A stretch of 64,000 bases of DNA from Terriglobia bacterium. Its GTDB lineage: Bacteria > Acidobacteriota > Terriglobia > 20CM-2-55-15. The stretch's first letter is position 1. Every line of letters starts with the position of its first letter. The DNA is taken from the NCBI GenBank assembly GCA_965198225.1, contig CBDAOY010000008.1:1165792-1229791 (forward strand), given 5' to 3'. Position numbers and translations under genes: made by a program. The notes under the pieces were generated by a model. It was given only the letters and a program-made list of their open reading frames with translations. It had not been told where the DNA came from and did not search any database. This document shows positions 28,412-37,782 of this stretch, piece by piece.

Positions 28412-29382
28412 TGGCGAACGAAGAACATCTTGAGATCCTGAACAGCGGTGTGGAGACCTGGAATCGGTGGAGGGATGAAAACCCGGACACCGTGCCGGAC
28501 CTGAGCCACGCCAACCTGGTCGGACGAGCGCTGATGGGCATCAACCTCCGGCGGACCGAGCTCGGCCGGGTCAATCTCCGCCTCACGAACATGTCGGGCG
28601 CGGACCTGTCCCATGCCAGTATGGTGAAAGCCGATCTTTCCCGGACGGACCTCACCCACGCGGACCTCTGTCACGCCAACCTGTCGATGGCCGACCTGTC
28701 CCGGGCCGACCTGACCGAAGCCCGGATCGGGATGACGACCTTCGGCTCGACTGCGCTGGGTTATGTCGCAGGGCTGGAGACGGTCGATCACGTCGCACCA
28801 TCCGTAATCGGCGTGGACACCATTTACTTTTCGCAGGGACAGATCCCGGACGTGTTCCTGCGGCGAGCCGGCGTCCCGGAGAACTTTATCACCTACATTC
28901 GCACAACCGTGACCAGCAGCATTCCCTACGACAGCTGCTTCATCAGCCACGGTCCGGAAGACCGCGAATTCTCCCATCGACTCTACGATGACCTCCAGGA
29001 AGAGAACGTCCGCTGCTGGATGAGTGAAGGTGGCGACGGCGCTTCCGGCGATCCGGTCGACATCTCGAATCGTGTGCAGGACAGACTCGTACTCGTTCTG
29101 TCGCGGGAGTCGATCGACACCGACTGGATTCGGGACGAAGTTGGCGCGGCGTTGCGACGGGAGCAGGAAGAACGGGAAAAGCGGAAGGCCGACTCTCTGA
29201 TACTCCTGCCGGTTGCGCTCGACCCGGCCCTTGGAGACTCGGAACTTCCATGGGTCGCAAAGATGCGACGTGATGACAGGGTGGTCGACTTCAGAGGCTG
29301 GCAGATCGACTCCGACTACAAGCGGGCGTTCCTGGAGTTGCTGGGTCACCTCCGCAGGGACACGGCGCCGCCGAACCCTTGA
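28411..29382 (+). CDS. pentapeptide-repeat protein with C-terminal TIR domain
   Basis: The N-terminal half carries A(D/N)LXX repeats (ANLVGRALMGINLRRTELGRVNLRLTNMSGADLSHASMVKADLSRTDLTHADLCHANLSMADLSRADL). The C-terminal half reads YDSCFISHGPEDREFSHRLYDDLQEENVRCW...LVLVLSRESIDTDWIRDEV. Start overlaps the upstream stop (TGATG). Confidence 0.8.
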   Translation: MANEEHLEILNSGVETWNRWRDENPDTVPDLSHANLVGRALMGINLRRTELGRVNLRLTNMSGADLSHASMVKADLSRTDLTHADLCHANLSMADLSRADLTEARIGMTTFGSTALGYVAGLETVDHVAPSVIGVDTIYFSQGQIPDVFLRRAGVPENFITYIRTTVTSSIPYDSCFISHGPEDREFSHRLYDDLQEENVRCWMSEGGDGASGDPVDISNRVQDRLVLVLSRESIDTDWIRDEVGAALRREQEEREKRKADSLILLPVALDPALGDSELPWVAKMRRDDRVVDFRGWQIDSDYKRAFLELLGHLRRDTAPPNP

Positions 29383-29419
29383 CAGTCCAGGACACAAACC
29401 GCGGAGGAACAGACGAAGG

Positions 29420-30875
29420 ATGGCTATGCACAGACGCGACTTTCTGGTTTCGACACCGGCCCTCGTCGCATCCCTTGGTGTGGGGTGGCAGGATCCTGTG
29501 GTCGATCTCGTGGTTCGGGGTGGTCGGGTAGTCACCCCTGAGGCGGTGGTCGGCACCGATGTCGCGATAAGCGGCGGACGGATCGTCGCACTCGGTGCCA
29601 CCGAGACCATGCCGAGGGCACGGACCACCGTCGATGCCACCGGAAAGTATGTCTTACCCGGACTCGTTGATTCCCATGTTCATTTCAACACCCCGTTCCG
29701 CGGCACCTCTACGAAGGAAGACTTCTACACAGGATCGATTGCCGGGGCTTACGGAGGCGTAACCACCTACATCGATTTCGCGGTGCAGCCCAAAGGACGC
29801 GATCTGCTTTCGGTCGTGGAGGAACGCCGTGGGGAAGCCGACCCCGACACCGTCGTCGACTACTCGCTGCACATGTTGATGACCGACGCAAGCACAGCCG
29901 CCCTGGACCAGCTGCCCGAAGTCATCCGTTCCGGCATGCCTTCGGTCAAGGTGTTCATGGCGTTCGGGCGCGAAGGATTCATGATCGACGATGGCGCGCT
30001 CGTCCAGGTAATGCGACAGGTCGAAGCCAACAACGGAATCATCGCCGTTCACACGGAAAACAATGCCATCGCCGAACGCCTCGGCGATGCCTATGAGCAA
30101 AGCGGTCGTACCGCGGCGAGGTATTTTCCGGAAACAAGGCCGCGCTACATCGAAGCCGAAGCCATCCGACGGGCATTGCTGTTCGCTGGAATCACCGGTG
30201 TCCGTTACTACGGCTTCCATCTGACGATCGCGGAGGGCGTCGAGGAATTTCGCCGGGCCCGTGCCGAGGGCCGTCGGGTCACGACCGAGACCTGCACCCA
30301 CTACCTGGTGTTGACCAACGACTGGTGTTTACCGCGGACCTGATGGCGCCAACTTCGTTTGCAGCCCACCCATACGGACTCAAGGAGACGTCGACGCGCT
30401 GTGGGAAGGCATTCGCGACGGCGCCGTGTCGGTCGTGACGTCCGATCATACGGCGTGGGACCTGGAGCAGAAGCGAGCCGGAGGGGGCTCCTATGTCGGC
30501 ATTCCCCACGGGCTGCCGAGCATCGAACTGCGCCTGCCGGTTCTCTATACCGAAGGCGTCGTGACGGGCCGCATCTCGATGCCCCGGCTGGTCGATGTTC
30601 TGAGCACGTCGCTCGCGCGGATCTGGGGACTTTACCCCCGCAAAGGCTCGCTGGCGCCCGGTTCCGACGCCGACATCGTGATCTTCGATCCCGAAGCGCA
30701 GTGGACAGTCGACCCGGAAGATCTGCATATGCAGGTCGACTGGTCGCCATACACAGGCAAGCGCTTGCGGGGTCGGATCGACACGGTGGTCTCATCCGGC
30801 CGGGTGATCGTTGCGGACGGGCGATTCACGGGCGTCCGCGGAGCAGGCCGCTTCATCGAACGGGCCCTGTCCTGA
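29420..30875 (+). pseudogene. dihydropyrimidinase/D-hydantoinase-type cyclic amidohydrolase with Tat signal, one frameshift
   Basis: MAMHRRDFLVSTPALVASLG, then GLVDSHVHF... up to THYLVLTNDW. The frame then shifts near 30325-30331 into YRGPDGANFVCSPPIRTQGDVDALWEGIRDGAVSVVTSDH... (frame of ORF 30426..30875). Confidence 0.8.
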
Positions 30876-30963
30876 GTAACTTACATCGCAATCACTACCC
30901 CTCCATCACCCAAATCCGCCTATTTCATTCAGTTTCCCTCATCTGTTACGATTCCATTGACTT

Positions 30964-33156
30964 ATGCGCTCTCTCGCCTCCGTTCTGGGAAGCCTGGTGT
31001 TCCTCGCTGCAGCTGCTTTCGGCCAGTCGAGCGATGGGCCTGTCGACTACGAAACCGCCCGCTTCAGCCGGATCGTCACGGCGGTCGCCATCGAGCAAGC
31101 AATCACGCTCGACGGGCGCCTGGATGAAGAAGCCTGGCAAAGCGCCGAGCCCGCCACGGACTTCACTCAGGGGGGGCCGAGCCCGCGCCCCGGTTATCCG
31201 GCTTCCCAGCCGACGGAGGTGCGCTTTCTCTACGATGGCGAAAACATCTACATCGGGGCGATCTGTTACGAAAAGGACGTCGCCAACATGATCGTGAACG
31301 GGCTGAAGCGTGACTTTCAGAGCAATCAGGGAGACGAGCTCGGAGTGGTCTTCGATTCTCTCAACGACGATCGTTCCGGTTTCTTCTTCTCGACGAACCC
31401 GGCCGGAGCGCGGCGGGACCTGCAGATCGCCAACGACAGCACGATCAATCAGCAGTGGGATGGCGTCTGGGATGTTCGGGTGAGCGTGGGAGAGGATCGA
31501 TGGGTGGCCGAGTTCAGGGTCCCGTTCAAGACCCTCCGTTTCTCCAGCTCCGAGTCGCAGGAGTGGGGCCTGAACATGTACCGCAAGATCAAGCGGGCGA
31601 ACGAGGAAAGCCATTGGGCACCACTTCCCCGACGGTATCGCATGACCCGGGTATCGCTGGCCGGAACGCTGACCGGGTTGGAAGGCGTCAGCCAGGGCCG
31701 CAACCTCAAGGTGAAGCCGTACGGTAAGGCTGGAGTCACCCAGGTTCGGTCCAGTTCGGGCCTCGACGCCGATTCGGAGTTTGACGGTGGCTTCGACGCG
31801 AAGTACGGCCTGACCCAATCCCTGACGCTGGACGTCACCTACAGGACCGATTTCTCCGAGGTTGAGGTCGACCAGGACCAGGTGAACCTGACACGCTTCA
31901 ATCTTTTCTTTCCGGAAAAGCGCGAGTTCTTCCTCGAGAACTCCGGCCTCTTCGCCTTCGGAAGCCGACGTGCGTCCACATTCGGACGAGGCGGTGGAGC
32001 GAACCTGATCCCGTTCTTCAGCCGGACGATCGGCCTCAGCCCTTCAGGCACCCCGATACCCGTGATCGGAGGGGCGCGCGTATCCGGAACCGTCGCCGGA
32101 AGCTACGAAGTGGGCTTTTTGACGATGAAAACCGAAAGCGCCGGGGATGTGCCTTCGAACAACTTCCTCGTCGGACGCGTGAAGAAGAACCTCCTGAACA
32201 ACTCCTTCATCGGCGCGATCTTCACGAATCGAGATTCGTCGGTCGCGGTTGACTACAACCGGGTTTACGGAGCGGATGCCGTCTTCCAATTCTACAACCG
32301 GCTGGACATATCCGGATACATCCTCCAGAGCGACACGCCGGGACGCGAGGGGCCCGCTCAGGCACGGAAGCTCGCCGTTGGATGGAGAGACAACGACCTG
32401 TCGTTCGGTGCCGACTACGAGAAGGTCGAAGACGACTTCAACCCCGAGATGGGGTTCATCCGTCGCGATGACAATTCACACTATTCAGGTGACTTCTCCT
32501 ACCTGCCACGCCTCTTCGGAAGCGATCTCATCCGGAACCTCACATTCCGGACGAACTTCGACTACTGGGAAGGCCTGACTGGGGAGATCGAGACCCGCGA
32601 GCACAGCGCGACCTTCGGAGTCTCCTTCGAGAACAGCGCCATGCTCAATTTCACGACGGGAGAAACATTCGAACGTCTCGATGAAGAGTTCCGGCGGTAC
32701 TCCATCCCGGTGGGAGACTACAAGTTCCGGAATTACTCGGTTTCATACAACTCCGACAGGAGCCGCGTCATCGGCGGACGCGTCAACTACAACTGGGGCG
32801 ATTTCTGGACCGGCACGCGCCGTTCGATCGGCGGGGATATTACGCTCAAGCCGAACTACCACTGGCAGATCGACACGAGCTTCAGCCGGAACGACATCGA
32901 GGTGCCGGCCGGTACTTTCGTCACCACCCTGGTCGGATTCAAGGTCCTCTACGCCTTCTCCAGCCGTGCTTTCCTGAACACGTTCCTCCAGTACAACGCC
33001 GAGCGAAATCAGTTCAGCTCGAACATCCGCTTCAACATAATCCACCACCCGCTCAGCGACGTCTACCTCGTCTTCAACGAGCGGCGCGACACTGTCACGG
33101 GGGAAGTCCTGGACCGCGGCGTCGCCTTCAAGTTCACGAACCTGTTCAATTTTTAG
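30964..33156 (+). CDS. DUF5916 / carbohydrate-binding family 9-like exported protein
   Basis: Signal peptide, LDGRLDEEAWQSAEPATDF...EVRFLYDGENIYIGAICYE, beta-rich 730 aa ending ...FKFTNLFNF. Confidence 0.7.
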   Translation: MRSLASVLGSLVFLAAAAFGQSSDGPVDYETARFSRIVTAVAIEQAITLDGRLDEEAWQSAEPATDFTQGGPSPRPGYPASQPTEVRFLYDGENIYIGAICYEKDVANMIVNGLKRDFQSNQGDELGVVFDSLNDDRSGFFFSTNPAGARRDLQIANDSTINQQWDGVWDVRVSVGEDRWVAEFRVPFKTLRFSSSESQEWGLNMYRKIKRANEESHWAPLPRRYRMTRVSLAGTLTGLEGVSQGRNLKVKPYGKAGVTQVRSSSGLDADSEFDGGFDAKYGLTQSLTLDVTYRTDFSEVEVDQDQVNLTRFNLFFPEKREFFLENSGLFAFGSRRASTFGRGGGANLIPFFSRTIGLSPSGTPIPVIGGARVSGTVAGSYEVGFLTMKTESAGDVPSNNFLVGRVKKNLLNNSFIGAIFTNRDSSVAVDYNRVYGADAVFQFYNRLDISGYILQSDTPGREGPAQARKLAVGWRDNDLSFGADYEKVEDDFNPEMGFIRRDDNSHYSGDFSYLPRLFGSDLIRNLTFRTNFDYWEGLTGEIETREHSATFGVSFENSAMLNFTTGETFERLDEEFRRYSIPVGDYKFRNYSVSYNSDRSRVIGGRVNYNWGDFWTGTRRSIGGDITLKPNYHWQIDTSFSRNDIEVPAGTFVTTLVGFKVLYAFSSRAFLNTFLQYNAERNQFSSNIRFNIIHHPLSDVYLVFNERRDTVTGEVLDRGVAFKFTNLFNF

Positions 33157-33161
33157 TGGAT

Positions 33162-33312
33162 CGTAGGTCGTAGGCCGTAGGCCGTTGGGCCGGCACTGCC
33201 GGCCCTTGTGCACGATAATTGAATTCGCAGCCTAGTGGTCAACGGTCAGTTACCGCCAAGCGACCATCCCTGAGTCAGCCAACGGACAACGGCCTACGGA
33301 TAACGGCCTACG
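33162..33312. repeat. inverted pair of GTAGGCC-heptamer blocks
   Basis: CGTAGGTCGTAGGCCGTAGGCCGTT (33162..33186) and AACGGACAACGGCCTACGGATAACGGCCTACG (33281..33312), between convergent genes. Confidence 0.75.
33187..33210 (+). terminator. GC-rich hairpin terminator candidate after the DUF5916 gene
   Basis: GGGCCGG-CACTG-CCGGCCC followed by TTGTG. The T tract is weak. Confidence 0.4.
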
Positions 33313-33314
33313 AC

Positions 33315-34640
33315 TTACTGCGTCTGCTCGTGGAACTTGATTCCGATATTGGCCAGCTCATCCAGGATGGGATTGTAGATATCGGGTTCGACGGGGATCA
33401 GGACGCCGGCCCGATCCAGTTTGCCTTCGAGGACCATACGAACGGCGATAGCGGTCGGAAGGGCAACGGTCCGCGCGATCGAGGTATCGCCCCCCGGAAT
33501 GCCGTAGTCGAGCAACGTCGCGGTCGTCCGTTCGGTGCGTCCGCCGGAAAACTCGGAGAGGAATTCATGATGCATGACGACCATGTCCCGATCGCCGGGC
33601 TGGAGTTCCAGGCGCTCGAGCGACAGAACATTCAGGAAACTCAACGGGTCGCTCTCGCCGGTCGGCAGGGTTCCCTCGCCTAATAGGCCCAGCCATTCCA
33701 GCCTCTTGACCGCGGCCGAATACGGCGGAAAGCCGAGAAACGCGGCGACCGATTCCGCCAAATCGGTTCCAGGTTCCGCTCCGATCAGATGACGGGTCAA
33801 CTCACCGTACGTCTTTCCCGAAAAGCCGGAGGTGGGTTCCTCCGACAGCCAGCCCATCTTGGCGATGCCGCGCAGCGTCTCGCACCAGCCGACCATCCGG
33901 TATGTTCCCCGGTAGACCGTTTCAGCGCCCCTCAGCCCATAAACGTCCCTGTAGGGAATGGAGTCGCGGTTGGGGTAGTTCTCGAGTGTCCCGGCGCCGG
34001 GCACATCCTCCAGGACATAGTTCTCGAACAGGCTCTCGCCCGGAATCGACACTTCGTGTCCGCCCTCAAACCAGCGGGCCGGATGACGCGATGCGAGCAG
34101 GACGCCCTTCGGCGACCACGAAAACTTGTAGCCGAAAGGATTGTTGTTGGAATCGTGGGCGGGCAACGCTCCGGTCGTCGAGCGAAACGAACGGATTCTG
34201 CCTCCGCGTGCCTCCACGTCATGAATGACGCGCATGGCCGACATGTGGTCCAGGCCGGGATCCAGCCCGGACTCATTCAGTATCAGCAGACCCTTGCGGG
34301 TGGCCTCCCCATCGAGCGCGCGCATTTCATCCGACACGTAGGAGGTGGTCACCATGTTCTTGTCGAACTTCAGACAGGCTCGCGCGACATCAGGATGGAA
34401 CGCGTACGGTAAGAGACTGACGGCCAGATCGGTTTCTCGGACCAGTTCCTCGAAGCGTTCCCCGATGCCGTCGCCACTCATGTCCAGTTCCAGCGCGGTA
34501 CCATTCGGATGGCCTTCGATCATGGTCTCCGCTTTCCCGACGGTGCGACTCGCCTGGGTGACGGCGACGCCGGCATCCAGAAGGTACCGGACGAGGGGGC
34601 GGGCAATCAGTCCCGCACCGAGTATGAGAACTTTCTTCAT
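33315..34640 (-). CDS. saccharopine dehydrogenase (LYS9-like, glutamate-forming)
   Basis: MKKVLILGAGLIARPLVRYLLD Rossmann N-terminus, 441 aa, saccharopine dehydrogenase C-terminal region. Confidence 0.8.
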   Translation of the reverse strand: MKKVLILGAGLIARPLVRYLLDAGVAVTQASRTVGKAETMIEGHPNGTALELDMSGDGIGERFEELVRETDLAVSLLPYAFHPDVARACLKFDKNMVTTSYVSDEMRALDGEATRKGLLILNESGLDPGLDHMSAMRVIHDVEARGGRIRSFRSTTGALPAHDSNNNPFGYKFSWSPKGVLLASRHPARWFEGGHEVSIPGESLFENYVLEDVPGAGTLENYPNRDSIPYRDVYGLRGAETVYRGTYRMVGWCETLRGIAKMGWLSEEPTSGFSGKTYGELTRHLIGAEPGTDLAESVAAFLGFPPYSAAVKRLEWLGLLGEGTLPTGESDPLSFLNVLSLERLELQPGDRDMVVMHHEFLSEFSGGRTERTTATLLDYGIPGGDTSIARTVALPTAIAVRMVLEGKLDRAGVLIPVEPDIYNPILDELANIGIKFHEQTQ

Positions 34641-34655
34641 CGCAGGTTCTCCGGC

Positions 34656-35975
34656 TCAATCGACGGTGTTCGACACAAGCTCCGACATGTACCGATAGTC
34701 GTGTGTAAACTCCCCTCGATGTACGATTACGGCCTTCCGGACCGCGGCAGGTAACACTAGACGATCGAATGAAGCACCGAAGTCCGTGGCCGCGGTCCGC
34801 ACTAGGAACGGTGCCAGCATGTCTCCGAAGCTACTCGACGCCTCCCTCGGAACTTCCGAAGGCAGGGTCTCGACGGCCATCACGACCGGTCCCTCGCCTT
34901 CCCAGCCGTTCACGGTCCGATCCTCCGACGGGAGGTACGTGTAGGTCGGCTCTCCGGGCTCGGTTGCCCTTACCGTGCACTCGATCGACCCGTCGATGTC
35001 GCAGGTGATGTCTCCAAACACACGCAACTTCGGCCTCTCCGGAGCCGACCAGGCTCCGCGCAACCACTCCTTGGTCACCAGCCTCGGGTAGCGCGGGTCC
35101 CAATAGATGCAATTGACGAGCGAGGTCAGATGGGGGAGGTATTGTTCGAAGACGCAACGGTATCGTTCGGGATGCTCGTAGTATTCGTGAAGGTCGAACT
35201 CCCCGCCGTCCACTCTCGGGACCACCATGTCGCTCTCTTTGAAGACGACCTTGTAGATCTTCCGGGAGGAAAATTCGCCGCCTGTCACAAACGCGGCGAG
35301 TCGTTCGGGAGCGACTTCTTCGTGTGGTAGCAAGTCAAAGAATGCCTGGGCACCCTCGCAAACGTTCCCATACCCGGCAAACCCGACCACGAACGGAGCA
35401 AGCGAATCGGGCAGCTCCCCGTCGGCGATCCGGTTGCCGACTTCGCCGAACAAAACCCGGGCTTGTTCCAGACTCTCCAGCTCCAGGGGCCGCTCCAGAG
35501 CAGAGAGCGGTGTCGGCGTACCTTCCCATTCGAAGCGTCGACCGAGCGCATAGAGGGTCTCGATGATGCCTGCCGATCCGGCGTGGTTGCCGAAGAAGAC
35601 AAGCCGGCGGCCCTCCTCGTCCGTTATCCGCTCGTAGTCGATCAGTGTCGCCCTGCAGTCCAGTATCCTGCGAAGCATCGGCATGTTGTGGGGCTGCCCC
35701 TTACAGACGTGGGCAAAAAACATGTAGACCCCGCCATCGCGAAAAAAGCTTTCTGGAATCTCTTTGACGGCCACAACGAGGTCACAGTGATCGAGGTCTT
35801 CGACGACTTCGGCCCCCGCCGCGGCGTACTCCCGGTCGGAAAACACACGGATGTGGGAGGGCTGGATCGAAACCTCCAATCCGGCTTCGAGCAGTCCCGC
35901 GACGTGCTCGGGTGTCAGCGGGACGCGGCGCTCCCACCGGTTCTTGTCTTCCCTGCGGATTCCGATTCTCGTCAT
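34656..35975 (-). CDS. lysine-ketoglutarate reductase-like (alanine dehydrogenase/PNT N-terminal domain family)
   Basis: IGIRREDKNRWERRVPLTPEHV...FFAHVCKGQPHNMPMLRRIL resembles the LKR domain of bifunctional AASS. Confidence 0.7.
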   Translation of the reverse strand: MTRIGIRREDKNRWERRVPLTPEHVAGLLEAGLEVSIQPSHIRVFSDREYAAAGAEVVEDLDHCDLVVAVKEIPESFFRDGGVYMFFAHVCKGQPHNMPMLRRILDCRATLIDYERITDEEGRRLVFFGNHAGSAGIIETLYALGRRFEWEGTPTPLSALERPLELESLEQARVLFGEVGNRIADGELPDSLAPFVVGFAGYGNVCEGAQAFFDLLPHEEVAPERLAAFVTGGEFSSRKIYKVVFKESDMVVPRVDGGEFDLHEYYEHPERYRCVFEQYLPHLTSLVNCIYWDPRYPRLVTKEWLRGAWSAPERPKLRVFGDITCDIDGSIECTVRATEPGEPTYTYLPSEDRTVNGWEGEGPVVMAVETLPSEVPREASSSFGDMLAPFLVRTAATDFGASFDRLVLPAAVRKAVIVHRGEFTHDYRYMSELVSNTVD

Positions 35976-36180
35976 GACTCAGGATCGAAGACGTCACTCT
36001 AACACTACCCCGGTGCCTGTTGAGGTCCGGGCGGCGTTCAGAAAGCTCTGTTGTGGGGAGTCAAAAAGGAGCCGGAAACGAGCGTCGCCGGTTTCCGGAC
36101 TGATCGAGTGGCCGTCTCAGAGCCGTGTCCACTCCGGTCGATGCTTCCGAAAAGGCGGGTTCATCGGAGGCAGGGGTTCA

Positions 36181-36453
36181 GGAACAGCGCTTGGAAGAAG
36201 TCTGATCGCTCGCATTGCGGCGTTCGGCCAGATGCCCGGCCCGCAATCGGCCAGTCCGCGGGTCCGGAGAAGGAACGCCGTAAAACCCCCGGAGTGTGAC
36301 GCCGCGCTACGCTCCGGGCGCACGGGGGGTGCGGTCAGATACGTCGTCCCTCGTCGTCATGACGAAACAGCATCGGCTCGTCCTCGCGCCTCGCTTCCGC
36401 CTCGCAAGAACCGTCCGCGCGAACCATCACGCCCCTGCCACGGGCTGCTCAGC
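36181..36453. repeat. about 273-bp structured element, copy C (inverted relative to copy B, decayed arms)
   Basis: The reverse complement aligns along its length with 18507..18785 (for example CCGATGCTGTTTCGTCATGACGACGAG versus CTGATGCGGTTTCATCATGACGACGAG). The terminal arms are only partly complementary. Confidence 0.75.
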
Positions 36454-36543
36454 GGCTCTTCGCGCTTGTGCAATGATGAGACGACGATCGACAGCGCCGC
36501 ACCAAGTAGCCCGACGTTCCGGAAGGTCACGGAATCGATCCCG

Positions 36544-37000
36544 ATGAACACCACGATCAGACCCATTTCCTCGAATTCGCTGTGGAGGCGAGCCATTCGG
36601 GAACGAACTTGTAGTATCCCCAACGAGTCGCAGGACGGCTGGAATGCTGCCCGTAGATGCAACGTCTACCCTTCAGGCTCAGTGTTGTTCGTTCAGGAGC
36701 AGACACAATGCGACATCTGCGTAATCTGTGTTGGACGGGTGAAGCTGTAATCGAACACGCCGGACGGTAAGACCATCATCCACCGGGTCTGCGAAGCAGG
36801 GGAGGTTCTCGGATTGAGCGCGGCGCTGGAGGGGGCGGGCTACGAGGCGACGGCCGAGACACTGGAACCTTGTGTGATCAGCTTCATCAGCACCGACAAC
36901 TTTCGCGGACTGATGGAGTCCGATCCGGAGATCGCATACCGGGTCGCCCGGCACCTCAGCTTCGAGGTCCGGAACGCGTGGGAGCAGGTACAGACCTATC
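36544..37000 (+). pseudogene. Crp/Fnr-type cyclic-nucleotide-binding domain remnant with in-frame TAA
   Basis: YPSGSVLFVQEQTQCDICVICVGRVKL-TAA(36748..36750)-SNTPDGKTIIHRVCEAGEVLGLSAALEG...FRGLMESDPEIAYRVARHL. No HTH domain follows; the frame runs into heptamer repeats. Confidence 0.5.
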
Positions 37001-37105
37001 GGAGATTCCGCACTCGAGATTTGGTCATTCGAGATTCGAGATTGAGAATTGCCGGAACCGCCCAATGTGAAATCTCAATTCTTCAATCTCCAATTTTCAA
37101 TAACC
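37001..37105. repeat. GAGATTC-heptamer inverted repeat
   Basis: GGAGATTCCGCACTCGAGATTTGGTCATTCGAGATTCGAGATTGAGAATTG opposed by GAAATCTCAATTCTTCAATCTCCAATTTTCAATAACC. A related block lies at 40446..40482. Confidence 0.7.
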
Positions 37106-37776
37106 AAGGGGTCTTCTGGCCCCGCCCTGTCTCCCCCTCGGTCGGATCCGCGAACCTCAAGAGTGTCGTCCCCGTAGAAGGAACGAACGCCCGTCCATGG
37201 ATACTCCATCGGCAGGAGGAAGATGCGATAACCGACTTCGGATATGTCCGTGTCGAGCCTGTAGCCCGCTGGCCCTTCCAGTCCCAGGTCGGTCGGCAGG
37301 TACCCGTCCTGTTCCAGCCTCGCAATCGGCAGGAAGGAACCCGTGCGCACTCTCGCCGCCACCTGCGCGGTCTGCACGAGTCGAATGACATCAATCGCGC
37401 CCAGTTCGTTTCCGTCCCGCAGACGCCCAGCGTAGTCCTCCACCGACGACTCGATCCCCTGGGATCGAACGACTCCCTGCCACGACCACTCACCCTTGAG
37501 TCCTTCGAACCGGAGGTCCAGAAGCTCGTCCTGGAGTCGAACCGACGCGATCTGCGACCCGTCGGTCCGCGCTCGAGTGCCGAACAGGGTCAGATCGATC
37601 GATTCCAGTCGCAGCTCCTCGGCCAATCTCTCCCCGACGATCTCACGAACCTCATCCGCCGGGATTGACCCTCGAGGGCGCGACCACCAGGTGCCCAGGA
37701 TCAGGAGCACGGCCACGGCGGCGAAGAACGGCCACTCTTTGATCCAACGTGACAGGTTGGAGCTTCTCCCAAACAT
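37075..37776 (-). CDS. hypothetical membrane-anchored protein
   Basis: N-terminal TM segment (WPFFAAVAVLLILGTWW). A pilin-like stretch NELGAIDVIRLVQTAQVAARV. Directly downstream of capA. The last codons are encoded by the heptamer repeat. Confidence 0.55.
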   Translation of the reverse strand: MFGRSSNLSRWIKEWPFFAAVAVLLILGTWWSRPRGSIPADEVREIVGERLAEELRLESIDLTLFGTRARTDGSQIASVRLQDELLDLRFEGLKGEWSWQGVVRSQGIESSVEDYAGRLRDGNELGAIDVIRLVQTAQVAARVRTGSFLPIARLEQDGYLPTDLGLEGPAGYRLDTDISEVGYRIFLLPMEYPWTGVRSFYGDDTLEVRGSDRGGDRAGPEDPLVIENWRLKN

Positions 37777-37782
37777 GAGGGG

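Noticed and set aside
28411-29382. Thoeris (ThsB-like) defence system call for the TIR protein
   Set aside because: No ThsA (SIR2/SLOG/Macro) or other known partner lies within the flanking genes. The neighbours are an acetamidase fragment and a hydantoinase. Reported only as an orphan TIR fusion.
36357-36662. Minus-strand ORF with a hydrophobic stretch (MGLIVVFIGIDSVTFRNVGLLGAALSIVVSSL), considered as a small membrane protein or MscL fragment
   Set aside because: It overlaps element copy C and the Crp-like remnant. The resemblance to MscL is too weak, and there is no start context.
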